Source: Candidatus Cloacimonadota bacterium (GTDB lineage: Bacteria > Cloacimonadota > Cloacimonadia > Cloacimonadales > JAQVBK01). Taken from it: 43,615 nucleotides of DNA. This document shows positions 11,679 through 21,900 of the stretch, in pieces. The notes under the pieces are model-generated. The model was not told where the DNA came from, searched no databases, and worked only from the letters and a program-made list of their open reading frames with translations. The stretch spans positions 1-43,615 of the forward strand of contig JAQVBK010000001.1 in the NCBI GenBank assembly GCA_028690365.1, given 5' to 3'. Numbering within the stretch: the first letter of the stretch is position 1; the number at the start of each line of letters is the position of its first letter. The translations under genes and the position numbers were made by a program.

Positions 11679-12149
11679 ATGCCAAGAAGAAGAAGAATAT
11701 TCGACAGGGAAGTGTTACCTGATCCAAAACATAACAGCGTTATTCTCAGTATATTCATGAATACTGTTCTCAGACAAGGTAAGAAGAGCACTGCAGAAAA
11801 AATAGTGTATGGTGCGCTGGATATAATTAAAGAAAAAACAGCAAAAGATCCTCTGGATGTTTTTATGCAGGCAATCGATAATGTTAAGCCACTGGTAAAA
11901 GTTGTATCAAAGAGAGTTGGTGGTTCAAATTATCAGGTTCCTATGGAAGTTCCTGCTAAAAATGCTCAGGCATTAGCGTTTCGATGGATCATCGGATATG
12001 CAAAAGCAAGAGCAGGTAAAAGTATGCAGGAAAAATTGGCAGCTGAATTACTGGCAGCCTATAATAAAGAAGGTGCTAGTATCAAAAAACGTGAGGACAC
12101 ACATAAAATGGCTGAAGCTAATAAAGCTTTTGCCCATATGAGATGGTAA
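11679..12149 (+). CDS. rpsG: 30S ribosomal protein S7
   Basis: MPRRRRI...PDPKHNS...GKKSTAEKIVYGAL and a C-terminal ...AFAHMRW are classical S7 features. Confidence 0.97.
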   Translation: MPRRRRIFDREVLPDPKHNSVILSIFMNTVLRQGKKSTAEKIVYGALDIIKEKTAKDPLDVFMQAIDNVKPLVKVVSKRVGGSNYQVPMEVPAKNAQALAFRWIIGYAKARAGKSMQEKLAAELLAAYNKEGASIKKREDTHKMAEANKAFAHMRW

Positions 12150-12174
12150 ACTACGCAATAATAATCGAGGTTTT

Positions 12175-14274
12175 ATGCCCATCAGAAGGGATATTTTACG
12201 AGTAAGAAATATTGGTATTATTGCACATATTGATGCCGGCAAAACTACTACTACCGAAAGGATGCTGTACTATGCCGGCTTCCTTCATAGAATGGGGGAA
12301 GTTCATGATGGCAATACCTTTATGGATTGGATGGAACAAGAAAAAGAAAGAGGAATTACTATAACATCAGCTGTCACTAAATTTGAGTGGCAGGATCGAC
12401 AAATTAATATCATCGATACCCCCGGACACGTTGATTTTACCGCAGAAGTTCAAAGATCTCTGAGAGTTCTTGATGGTGCTGTTGGTGTTTTTGATGCCGT
12501 AAAAGGGGTAGAACCACAATCAGAAACAGTCTGGCACCAAGCAGACAGATTTGGAATTTCCCGTCTTGCTTTTATTAACAAGATGGATAGAGTTGCTGCT
12601 GATTTCAATTTTGCAGTAGAAACCATCAGATCAAAACTGACTAATAATGCTATGCCTATTCAGATTCCCATAGGATCTGCAAATTGTTTCGAAGGAATTG
12701 TGGACTTAGTCTCCATGAAAGCTTATTACTTTAAGCAGGAAACTCAGGGTTTTGATTTTTATTCAACTGAAGAGATGCCTGAGGATCTAAGAAATGAAGC
12801 CTTGGAAAATAGAGATGCTCTGTTGGAACACCTATCTGAGTTTGATGATATAATTATTGAGAAATATCTTGAAGGTGATGAAATTACTGAGGATGAACTT
12901 AAAAATGCCATAAAAAAAGCTGTAATCTCAAATAAGCTTATTCCGGTACTATGCGGTTCGTCGTTGAAGAACACGGGTATACAATTACTGTTAAATGCTG
13001 TGGTAGATTATCTTCCTTCACCTCTTGAGGTGAAACCGATTATTGCCCGGTTAAAATCCGACCAGTCAGAGGTCAAAGTTTTTCCCGACGATGATGCTCC
13101 CTTTTCGGCACTTGCCTTTAAAGTGAGAATTGATAAATATGTCGGGAAAATGATCTACATCAGAGTTTATTCAGGAACAATAAAAAAGGGCGATGTGGTT
13201 ATAGATCAAACAAATGGTAAACGTCAGAGAATTCTTAGAATAATGCATGTATTCTCTAATAAAACAACCGACATTGAACAGATTAGTTCTGGTGAAATTG
13301 CCGCAATTATCGGACCAAAGGAAGTATATACAGGCGACACTCTTACTTCTGCTAATAATGACCTTTTACTGTCTAAAATATATTTTCCTGACGGAGTTAT
13401 TTCAAGAGCAATCGAAGCTAAGTCAAAACCTGATCAGGAAGCTCTGGAATCAGCTCTTCAAAAAATGGAAGAGGAAGATCCTACTTTTAGGATTATGAAG
13501 GACAAGGAAACCGGACAGACTCTGATGACTGGTATGGGTGAACTTCATCTGGATATAATTATTGACCGATTAAACAGAGAATATAATGTTGTTCCTAATG
13601 TGGGGAATCCGCAAGTATCATACAAAGAAACTATAACCAAAGAAGTTATGGCAACTGGTGAATTTATTCGGGAGATAAATGGTAAAGGTCAATATGCCGT
13701 TGTTAATATCAAGCTCTCTCCAATGAATGCGGATCAATATTATGCAGGAGAAAAGGTGTTGTTCGTAAACAATTGTAACTCATCAGTTATCCCCAAAGAG
13801 TACTGGGGTGCTATAGAAGAGAGTGCTATTGCAGCTGTAGTTGATGGTTATTTAATGAGCGCGCCGGTAGAAAAAATTGTAATTGAACTGGTAGGAGGTG
13901 CTTATCATGAAATTGATTCTAATGAAACAGCATTTAAGATTGCTACATCAATTGCGATCAGGCAAGCTCTGGGAGAAGCTGAGCCAGTTTTAATGGAGCC
14001 TGTTATGAAAGTAAGTGTCATTACTCCTGAAGAATTTGTGGGGGATGTAATTTCTGATGCTAACTCCAAACGGGGCAGGATAGACAGTATATCAGACAGA
14101 AAGAATAACAAAGAAGTAGTTGCTGATATCCCTATGAGTGAATTGTTCGGTTATGCAAATCGAATCAGGTCTGTTTCTCAGGGAAGAGCATATTATACTA
14201 TGGAGTTCCACCGGTACGAAAATGTGCCTTCAACAATTCAATCGAATTTGATGAAAAAATTAAGAGGTTACTAA
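12175..14274 (+). CDS. fusA: Translation elongation factor G
   Basis: 699 aa with GTPase motifs AHIDAGKTTTTE, DTPGHVDF and NKMD, within str-operon synteny (rpsL-rpsG-fusA). Confidence 0.96.
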   Translation: MPIRRDILRVRNIGIIAHIDAGKTTTTERMLYYAGFLHRMGEVHDGNTFMDWMEQEKERGITITSAVTKFEWQDRQINIIDTPGHVDFTAEVQRSLRVLDGAVGVFDAVKGVEPQSETVWHQADRFGISRLAFINKMDRVAADFNFAVETIRSKLTNNAMPIQIPIGSANCFEGIVDLVSMKAYYFKQETQGFDFYSTEEMPEDLRNEALENRDALLEHLSEFDDIIIEKYLEGDEITEDELKNAIKKAVISNKLIPVLCGSSLKNTGIQLLLNAVVDYLPSPLEVKPIIARLKSDQSEVKVFPDDDAPFSALAFKVRIDKYVGKMIYIRVYSGTIKKGDVVIDQTNGKRQRILRIMHVFSNKTTDIEQISSGEIAAIIGPKEVYTGDTLTSANNDLLLSKIYFPDGVISRAIEAKSKPDQEALESALQKMEEEDPTFRIMKDKETGQTLMTGMGELHLDIIIDRLNREYNVVPNVGNPQVSYKETITKEVMATGEFIREINGKGQYAVVNIKLSPMNADQYYAGEKVLFVNNCNSSVIPKEYWGAIEESAIAAVVDGYLMSAPVEKIVIELVGGAYHEIDSNETAFKIATSIAIRQALGEAEPVLMEPVMKVSVITPEEFVGDVISDANSKRGRIDSISDRKNNKEVVADIPMSELFGYANRIRSVSQGRAYYTMEFHRYENVPSTIQSNLMKKLRGY

Positions 14275-14286
14275 AAGGAGATTAAG

Positions 14287-14592
14287 ATGGAAATTGAGTT
14301 AAAATTTTTTAATGAAAAAGCCATCATGAAAATTGACGGCATTGTTACTAGCGAAAATGCTTATGTTTTGCAGAATAAGTTCAATGAAGTCCTTGAATCA
14401 CAAGTAAAAAGGCTGGAAATTGATTTATCAGCTTGTAGAAATATAAGCAGTACCGGAATAGGTAAAATCTTATTGTTCTATAAGGATTTTATCAATAAAA
14501 AAGGTGAACTCGAAGTTGTTAAGTCATCTCAAAGTATTTATGAACTTCTAACTACAATTAAACTGAACCAGTTATTTACAATTAACCTGTAA
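14287..14592 (+). CDS. STAS-domain anti-sigma-factor antagonist (SpoIIAA/RsbV-like)
   Basis: 101 aa. The segment IDLSACRNISSTGIGKILLF matches the DLSxVxxxDSSGLG phospho-serine region of STAS antagonists. Its stop overlaps the next start (TAATG). Confidence 0.72.
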   Translation: MEIELKFFNEKAIMKIDGIVTSENAYVLQNKFNEVLESQVKRLEIDLSACRNISSTGIGKILLFYKDFINKKGELEVVKSSQSIYELLTTIKLNQLFTINL

Positions 14593-15497
14593 TGACAGAA
14601 AGGCAAAATCCGGCAATATTGATTGTTGACGACAGCACTAGTCTGGGCGAGACCATTAGTGAAATATTAAGTTTTGCCGGATATGATGCCGAATATGTTG
14701 TGAGTGGCGCAAAAGCACTAAAAAAAATATCCGAGAATCATTTTGATTTGATTCTTTCAGATATCAATATGCCTGGGATGACAGGACTGGAATTGCTCGA
14801 AAGGATCAATTCTCTGTCAAACGAACCTGTGCCGCTGATAATAATGACAGGTTTTGTGAAACCTGAATTTGCAATACAAGCAGTTCGTCTAGGTGCTGCA
14901 GATTTTATCAGCAAACCAATTGATTTTAATGATCTGCTTCATTCTGTTTCTAAACAAATATCACGATACAGAAAAAAATCCGGTTCCAAAGCGGCAAACA
15001 AATATCTGAAAAAGATGGAAATGAATTTTTCTTTTGATTCGAATCAGTTTGTAAATGGCAATATAACTCCGGCTCTGGCAGAAATCCCACTGGAGAAAAT
15101 GGTAGATATCTCATCCTCTGTATACAATGAAATAATTCTGTGTATAGAAGAGATGTTGAGTAATGCCTTTATTCATTCTATCTTCAAAGTCCCGGATGAA
15201 GTGAGAATGGATAACTACAAAAACTACTATGCTTTCCTGGATGAAAAACTGAAGAATAGTCAAATCAAAAAATCTGTGGTTCATCTCAAACTTACAATTA
15301 ATAATACCCAAAAAGCAATTGAAATTGAAGTAAGAGATCCGGGTACTGGCTTTGACTATCAAAAATATCTTCTCGATGATAGTTCCATGATCGACTTTAA
15401 GGGGAGTGGACGTGGTATTAAAATAATGAATATACTCAGTGATAAACTGGATTTCAAAAATAATGGCAGTACGCTGGTCCTAACTAAATATTTTTAA
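14592..15497 (+). CDS. Response-regulator receiver domain fused to an RsbW/SpoIIAB-like HATPase (serine kinase/anti-sigma) domain
   Basis: The N-terminal REC domain has an acidic pair (DD13-14), the phospho-acceptor in LILSDINMPG (D57) and the conserved Lys in DFISKP. The C-terminal part has an N-box-like EEMLSNAFIHS, a G1 box VRDPGTGFD and a G2-like GSGRGIKIM. There is no HisKA domain. Confidence 0.7.
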   Translation: MTERQNPAILIVDDSTSLGETISEILSFAGYDAEYVVSGAKALKKISENHFDLILSDINMPGMTGLELLERINSLSNEPVPLIIMTGFVKPEFAIQAVRLGAADFISKPIDFNDLLHSVSKQISRYRKKSGSKAANKYLKKMEMNFSFDSNQFVNGNITPALAEIPLEKMVDISSSVYNEIILCIEEMLSNAFIHSIFKVPDEVRMDNYKNYYAFLDEKLKNSQIKKSVVHLKLTINNTQKAIEIEVRDPGTGFDYQKYLLDDSSMIDFKGSGRGIKIMNILSDKLDFKNNGSTLVLTKYF

Positions 15498-15498
15498 A

Positions 15499-16341
15499 AT
15501 GAGCGTATGGACAATTCTCGAAATAATCAGGTGGACTACTGGTTTCTTACAAGAAAAAGGAATTGAGAATCCGAGACTGGATACGGAACTACTGATTTCG
15601 CACATACTCAATTGTCCACGATTGGATTTATATTTGAATTATGATAAACCGTTAAGTCCTGAAGAAAGAAACAAGATTAAAAAAGCAGTTGTACGTCGCG
15701 CAAATCATGAACCGCTACAGTATATTATTGGTGAAATTCATTTTCTGAATTGCAAAATAAAAACTGATAAAAGAGCTTTAATACCGAGACCTGAAACTGA
15801 GTTGCTGAGTGATATAATAATCAAGTATGATTGTAATAAACATAGAATTTTGGATATCGGAACAGGTTCGGGTGCTATTGCCGTCACACTGGCAAAGAAT
15901 AATCCTGATTCATTTGTTAGCGCAGTAGACATTTCATTGGATGCTCTTGCGCTTGCACGAGAAAATGCAGAAATAAACAGTGTTGACAATATAGAATTTA
16001 TTCACTCTGATATTTGGGAAAATATTAACAAAAAATTTAATCTTATTGTATCTAATCCACCTTACATATCTCAGAATGAGTACGACAATTTACAACCCGA
16101 GATTACTCAATTTGAGCCAATTACCGCTCTGGTGGCTCCCGATGATGGACTTTTTTTTTATAACCAGATTATTACGAAATCAGCCAATTATTTGGAAGAT
16201 TCAGGGATGCTTTTCCTTGAAATTGGTTACAATCAGGGAGATTCCATTAAGAGGATATTCAGAGAGAGTTCTCTCAAATTATTATCAATTGATAAGGACT
16301 TATCAGGCAGAGAAAGATTTATTATGGCAGTAAAAAAATGA
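15499..16341 (+). CDS. prmC: Peptide chain release factor N5-glutamine methyltransferase
   Basis: 280 aa with a SAM-binding motif ILDIGTGSGAIA and the catalytic NPPY (VSNPPYIS). The overall layout is HemK-like. Confidence 0.88.
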   Translation: MSVWTILEIIRWTTGFLQEKGIENPRLDTELLISHILNCPRLDLYLNYDKPLSPEERNKIKKAVVRRANHEPLQYIIGEIHFLNCKIKTDKRALIPRPETELLSDIIIKYDCNKHRILDIGTGSGAIAVTLAKNNPDSFVSAVDISLDALALARENAEINSVDNIEFIHSDIWENINKKFNLIVSNPPYISQNEYDNLQPEITQFEPITALVAPDDGLFFYNQIITKSANYLEDSGMLFLEIGYNQGDSIKRIFRESSLKLLSIDKDLSGRERFIMAVKK

Positions 16342-16356
16342 AAATGGGGAGAAAAA

Positions 16357-17610
16357 ATGGATAAGTTTCTAATTGAAGGCGGAATAGCTCTGAAAGGAGA
16401 TATCAGAGTCGGTGGAGCGAAAAATGCGATACTTCCTGCAATGGCAGCTGCTCTTTTACTAAAAGATAAAATCAGTTTTGATGACGTTCCTCAGATTAAT
16501 GATATAAAAATGATGGCTCATCTGATGAGAATAATTGGAGCTAGGGTTGATCATGACAATGAATCTCTCATAATTGACGGAACTAATTGTAGTTTCTACG
16601 AAGCGCCCTATGAATTGGTAAGCAAAATGAGGGCTTCAATTTATGTTTTAGGTCCGCTCCTTGCCAGATTTGGTAAAGCTCTGGTATCTTTTCCGGGAGG
16701 ATGTGCAATCGGAAACCGTCCAGTGGATTTGCATCTGAAAGCAATGGAAAGACTGGGAGCAAAAATCGATATAGAAAAAGGTTATATTATTGCTGAATGT
16801 GACAGATTAAAAGGCAATGACATAGTATTTGATAAATCAAGCGTGGGAGCTACAATAAATACTTTGATGGCAGCGGTTACTGCAAAAGGCAAAACCAGAA
16901 TTTTCAATGCAGCTACTGAACCTGAAATTGAGTTTATAATAGATTTACTCAATCAGATGGGAGCCAAAATTACTGGCAGAAACACAACTACATTGAATAT
17001 AGAGGGTGTGGAAGATTTACACAGCTGTACTGTCCCAATGATACCGGATAGAATTGAAGCAGGTACTTTTTTGATTGCGGGAGCAATCACAAATGGTGAC
17101 ATAAATGTTAAAAACTGTGTACCCGAACACTTGCGAAGCCTTTGCGAAAAACTGACTGAAGCAGGGGTTGAACTTGAGATAGGAAATGATTCTATCAGAG
17201 TCAAAGGACACTCAAATATTCATTCAGTTAACATCATAACAAATCCTTATCCTTCTTTTCCAACCGATCTGCAAGCACAATTCATGAGCTTGATGAGTAT
17301 CGCTGATGGAGCAAGTTTTATAGAAGAAAACATCTTTCCCGACCGATTTATGCATGTAGCTGAATTAAACAGATTAGACGCAAATATTCATTTAGAAAAA
17401 AATGTTGCAGTTGTGAAAGGAGTTAAAAGACTCAGTGGTGCCGAAGTTATGGCAACTGATCTGAGAGCTAGTGCAGCTTTGGTTTTGGCGGGATTAGCTG
17501 CTGAAGGAACTACAACAATTTCCAGAATATATCATATAGACCGTGGATATCATCAGATAGAAAAAAAATTACAAGCCGTTGGAGCCAGAATTGAAAGGGT
17601 TCTCGGTTAA
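16357..17610 (+). CDS. murA: UDP-N-acetylglucosamine 1-carboxyvinyltransferase
   Basis: 417 aa. The start MDKFLIEGG..L.G.I.V.GAKNA, the active-site loop PGGCAIGNRPVDLH and the C-terminal HIDRGYHQIEKKL are diagnostic of MurA. Confidence 0.95.
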   Translation: MDKFLIEGGIALKGDIRVGGAKNAILPAMAAALLLKDKISFDDVPQINDIKMMAHLMRIIGARVDHDNESLIIDGTNCSFYEAPYELVSKMRASIYVLGPLLARFGKALVSFPGGCAIGNRPVDLHLKAMERLGAKIDIEKGYIIAECDRLKGNDIVFDKSSVGATINTLMAAVTAKGKTRIFNAATEPEIEFIIDLLNQMGAKITGRNTTTLNIEGVEDLHSCTVPMIPDRIEAGTFLIAGAITNGDINVKNCVPEHLRSLCEKLTEAGVELEIGNDSIRVKGHSNIHSVNIITNPYPSFPTDLQAQFMSLMSIADGASFIEENIFPDRFMHVAELNRLDANIHLEKNVAVVKGVKRLSGAEVMATDLRASAALVLAGLAAEGTTTISRIYHIDRGYHQIEKKLQAVGARIERVLG

Positions 17611-17624
17611 TCAATGAGGTGAAA

Positions 17625-18725
17625 ATGAAGATACATTTAATAGTCGGAGCCAGACCAAATTTCATGAAAATAGCTCCTCTTTATAAGGAATTAGCTAAGT
17701 ATTCTGATATTTTTCAAGTTAAACTTATTCATACGGGTCAGCATTATGATGAGAGAATGAGCAAATTCTTTTTCGATGAATTACAGTTACCTGTGCCGGA
17801 TAAATACCTAGAGGTTGGTTCAGCATCTCATGGAGTACAAACAGCCAGAATTATGGAAAGATACGAGGAAGTTCTTTTTGAAGAAAAACCTGATCTGGTT
17901 GTAGTTGCCGGAGATGTTAACAGCACAATGGCTTGTGCTTTGGATGCTGTGAAAATGCATATTCCGGTAGCACATCTCGAAGCCGGACTGAGAAGTTTTG
18001 ACATGAGTATGCCTGAAGAAATTAACAGAATAGTTACCGACTCAATATCAGATTATCTGCTTACTCCATCACCGGATGGTGACGAAAATCTTATCAAAGA
18101 AGGAATTACCAAAGAGAAAATTTTTAGAGTCGGGAATATTATGATAGATTCGTTAATTCAATATCTCGATAAATCAGAATCATCTACTATTCATACTGAA
18201 CTCAATCTTCAAAAGGGGAAATATTGTCTGATAACTCTCCATCGTCCTTCCAATGTCGATCATAAGGAAAATTTGGCTACAATTTTAGGATCATTCAAAG
18301 AGATAGCTAAGGAGACGGTTCTTGTCTTCCCCATGCATCCCCGCACACTCAAGAACATTGAAAAAATGGGTCTAAAGAATGTTCTGGAATCTATTCTCCA
18401 ACTTAGGATTGTTCCACCGGTCGGATACTATGATTTCATTCATCTGCAACGCTATGCTAAATTTATTGTGACCGATTCCGGTGGCATACAGGAAGAAAGT
18501 ACCTTTATGAATGTTCCTTGTTTGACCTTAAGGGACAATACAGAAAGACCGATAACTGTTACACAGGGTAGTAACATTCTGGTGAAATTGAATAAGTCTG
18601 AAATTATTCAGGAAGTGGAAAAAATCCTGCAGGGTAATATCAAAAAAGCGCAAATACCTGATCTGTGGGATGGAAAAACAGCCGAAAGAATTGTGGAAAT
18701 ATTTATGAAGATGGAGAAAAATTGA
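17625..18725 (+). CDS. wecB: UDP-N-acetylglucosamine 2-epimerase (non-hydrolysing)
   Basis: It contains MKIHLIVGARPNFMKIAPL, HTGQHYD, ITLHRPSNVD and TDSGGIQEE. I prefer ATG 17625 (preceded by TGAGGTG) over the in-frame GTG at 17619 given in the ORF track. Confidence 0.9.
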   Translation: MKIHLIVGARPNFMKIAPLYKELAKYSDIFQVKLIHTGQHYDERMSKFFFDELQLPVPDKYLEVGSASHGVQTARIMERYEEVLFEEKPDLVVVAGDVNSTMACALDAVKMHIPVAHLEAGLRSFDMSMPEEINRIVTDSISDYLLTPSPDGDENLIKEGITKEKIFRVGNIMIDSLIQYLDKSESSTIHTELNLQKGKYCLITLHRPSNVDHKENLATILGSFKEIAKETVLVFPMHPRTLKNIEKMGLKNVLESILQLRIVPPVGYYDFIHLQRYAKFIVTDSGGIQEESTFMNVPCLTLRDNTERPITVTQGSNILVKLNKSEIIQEVEKILQGNIKKAQIPDLWDGKTAERIVEIFMKMEKN

Positions 18726-18981
18726 TTCTGGGATTAATCAAGAAAGAATGCTCTCTTTTAGAAAATGGAATCAGAGGCAACAAGATGATATCTGATAAAC
18801 TAGTTGAGAAAACATTCATCAATAAACTGAAGGTTTTGAAATTTTGCATTTAGGGTAACGAAAAGAATGAAGAATAAGGAGGGATAAAAACTCTTTCGTA
18901 AACACGGTTTTTAAAGATAATGGGAAGTGGGGAAAAGTGTGTGATTAGAATTCATCATTAAGAGGAATTTATTGTGGAGGA

Positions 18982-21900
18982 ATGTTCATGAAGGATGGAA
19001 ATATTGAGAAGATAAAAGAGAAAATCCATAAGAATGAAATGTCTGTTCTCGTAGGAACAGGATTTTCCAAAAATGCTAATCCTAAAATTCCACTTTGGGA
19101 TGAACTGCTGATAGATATGGCTAAAGAATTATATGAACCAGAGTTCTCTGAATGGAAAATAAAAGCGGAGACTAACAACGCTTATGATTTTCTAAAACTT
19201 AAACTCCGAGAAGTTGACTACTTAGAAATTGTTGAAAAATATATCAAATTCAAAGGAATGCGGGAATCTCTTACCTTTTATATTGAGAATAAACTCTGCC
19301 CATTAGATAAAGACCCTGGAAATGATTTAGACGTTCATAAGAAATTAGTGGAGTGCAATTGGAACAACATTTATACTACAAATTATGACACTCTCTTGGA
19401 ACAAGCAGCAAATAGTTCAGGGAAAAAAGACTATCATACGATAATTCATTCGAAAGCCCTTTCTATTGGACCTCAACACAGGATAATCAAGCTCCATGGA
19501 AGCTTAAGGGAATCCGATTGTGACACATTCGGATTCGATAATGACCAAAGTGCCCATTATGTTATCTCTAAATCTGATTATGAAACATATACAAAAAAGC
19601 ACTCTGCTTTTACCCATTTAATGAGAATTGCGTTATTACAAGAATCATTCTGCCTCATTGGTTTTTCCGGAAGCGATCCTAACTTCTTGGCTTGGATTGA
19701 GTGGGTTCGAGATATTTTAAAAGATTCAAAAGATAAAAAAGATAAAAAAGTATATTTTATTGATGTAAATCCTGAAGAGTGTTCAAAAGAAAGAAAATTG
19801 TTCTTTAGCAATCATCAAATTGAATATATTTCACTCAAAAACATTTTTGGAGAACTATCTCGAAAAGAATTGATTAATGAATTCTTGGACTCAATTAGAG
19901 TTGCAAATATCGAAAAGAATGAGAAACAAAAAAATGAATATGTTTCACTCAAAAGCATCTTTGGGGAATCATCCCAAAAAGAATTGTCTAGTAATTTCTT
20001 GGATTCAACTATAGTAACAAATATTGAAGAGAATGAAATGCAAACTATTCAATTACCATCAAAAAATTATTTTAGTCTTTGGCAAGAGCTTAAGAAACAG
20101 CATTTATTCAATAATCCCCTTTTCGAGATTTATAAGAAAATTGAGGACGAAAATAGATATTATAAAATCCCAAACTATTCAGTTTATTCTTCCGCAGAAA
20201 GCTTAATCCGAGAAAAAAGGCAAAATTTAATCAACGGCATCAATGATTCCAAAATTGATAATATCGAAGTTTTAGGCATTATTGCAATGCTTCAAAGAAA
20301 CAGCTATTACAATTTATCAGCGATGTTCGCCGCTGAAGAAATAGAAAAAACAGAGAATGTTTTTTCCAAGATTGATATTAAACAACTAAACGAAAATCAG
20401 TTTACTAAATGGCAGAACTTCGCTCTCAGTTTTTTAAGAGATTACCGATACAATTTGAATGAAAAGAAATTCAACAATCTCTTTGAAAAACTAAAGTCAA
20501 CAGAAAACACAGCATCTGACTTTTATGATGATATTTATTTTGAAAAGCTGTTATTTTTAGCAAATAAATTGGATTATACAGAATTGATAAAAGGATTGGA
20601 TAACTGGAAACTAACAGACGAATCATCAGCGTGGGCATACATCAGGAAAGCGTATTTATTTAATCTTATAAGAATTCCCAAGTATCAGGAACAGATAACG
20701 AAGACAGTCAATCAAGCAATAAAGAAAACCAATATTGAACAAGAAAAACTTTGGTTTTATGAAATTCTGTCATTTTATCAATTCTCAGAAAATTTCAGAA
20801 CAGATGAAGTTATAACAGCAAAAATTAAGGATTATAAACATAAAGGTTATTACTCCATTGATGATATAATGAAATCTCTTACAAACAAAAAAGAGAAAAA
20901 AGATATAAAACCATCCGAGGCAAGTAGATACACAATAACTCATTCAATGGGCAATCCTCAAGAAGATTTTCCTTGGGATTCTGTGAGATTTATTGAGTTC
21001 TTGAACTGTTTTGGTATTCCTCTAGTCCCAAATATCAAATTCCCTGTTACTGTGTTTGACAGTAACAAATGGTTTGAGATTGCAGTTGATGTGCTCGAAG
21101 GAATGCCACGAGAAGTTCTTTTTATATCCTTCCAATATTCAGGGAATGATATGTCGGAAAATTTCTTAAGAACAATAATTCAAAGAATAGTCTTTAGTAA
21201 GAAAATAAGCAATGAGTTGAAGTTTGAGATTTTCTCTAAATGCTGCAATTCTTTTTACTATTATTTTAGTGACTTAGGAGTTTATAACTCTACATTCATC
21301 TTTGCAATTTCGGAATTGATTTCATGCTTGAGTTATGAAAAATGGGAGAAATTCTTTTACGAATTGTGGGTACTTCAAACAGATACAAGCAAGGTTATTA
21401 ATAAAAAGTTTTATTCTTCTGTCTGGGGTTTAAGTAATGTTATCCCTAAATTTTTACCTTATATTGAAGATAATGTACTGCTCAATGAAATGGTTGTAAC
21501 TTTATTTGAATTCGACTTTTATGTTGATGGAGATGACCAAGAAAATACTGCTCTTAAATACCTCGAGAAAATTCTTTTATATAATCCATTTTTTTATGCA
21601 ATCCCTTCATGTAAAGAAAAAATCAAAGGTTATGTCCAATCTCTTTTAAACAAGGAGACTTTGTCTGAAAAAGAGTTGATTAAAATCAAATATTATAGGA
21701 GTAAAATTAGCAAGAAATCAAATAGATTAATTAGAAAGAAGCTTAATTCTATTGACCTATCCAAAGAACTTATTTTCCGCTGGCAAATACTACTGGAGCT
21801 AACAGATTCAGATGTCGATATGGATTACAAACTTCGTGAATACCTTGTACATAATCCAAACATTATTTTTTCAACCGGAATTAATAATAGTGGAAGAAGT

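Noticed and set aside
18665-18853. 62-aa + strand ORF bridging the wecB 3' end and the region upstream of the SIR2 gene. I considered it as a possible small partner gene of the SIR2 protein.
   Set aside because: It starts inside wecB in another frame, has no RBS and has no recognisable fold. It is most likely a chance ORF in AT-rich DNA. I could not exclude a small gene (for example the 22-aa MISDKLVEKTF... part), but nothing supports it.
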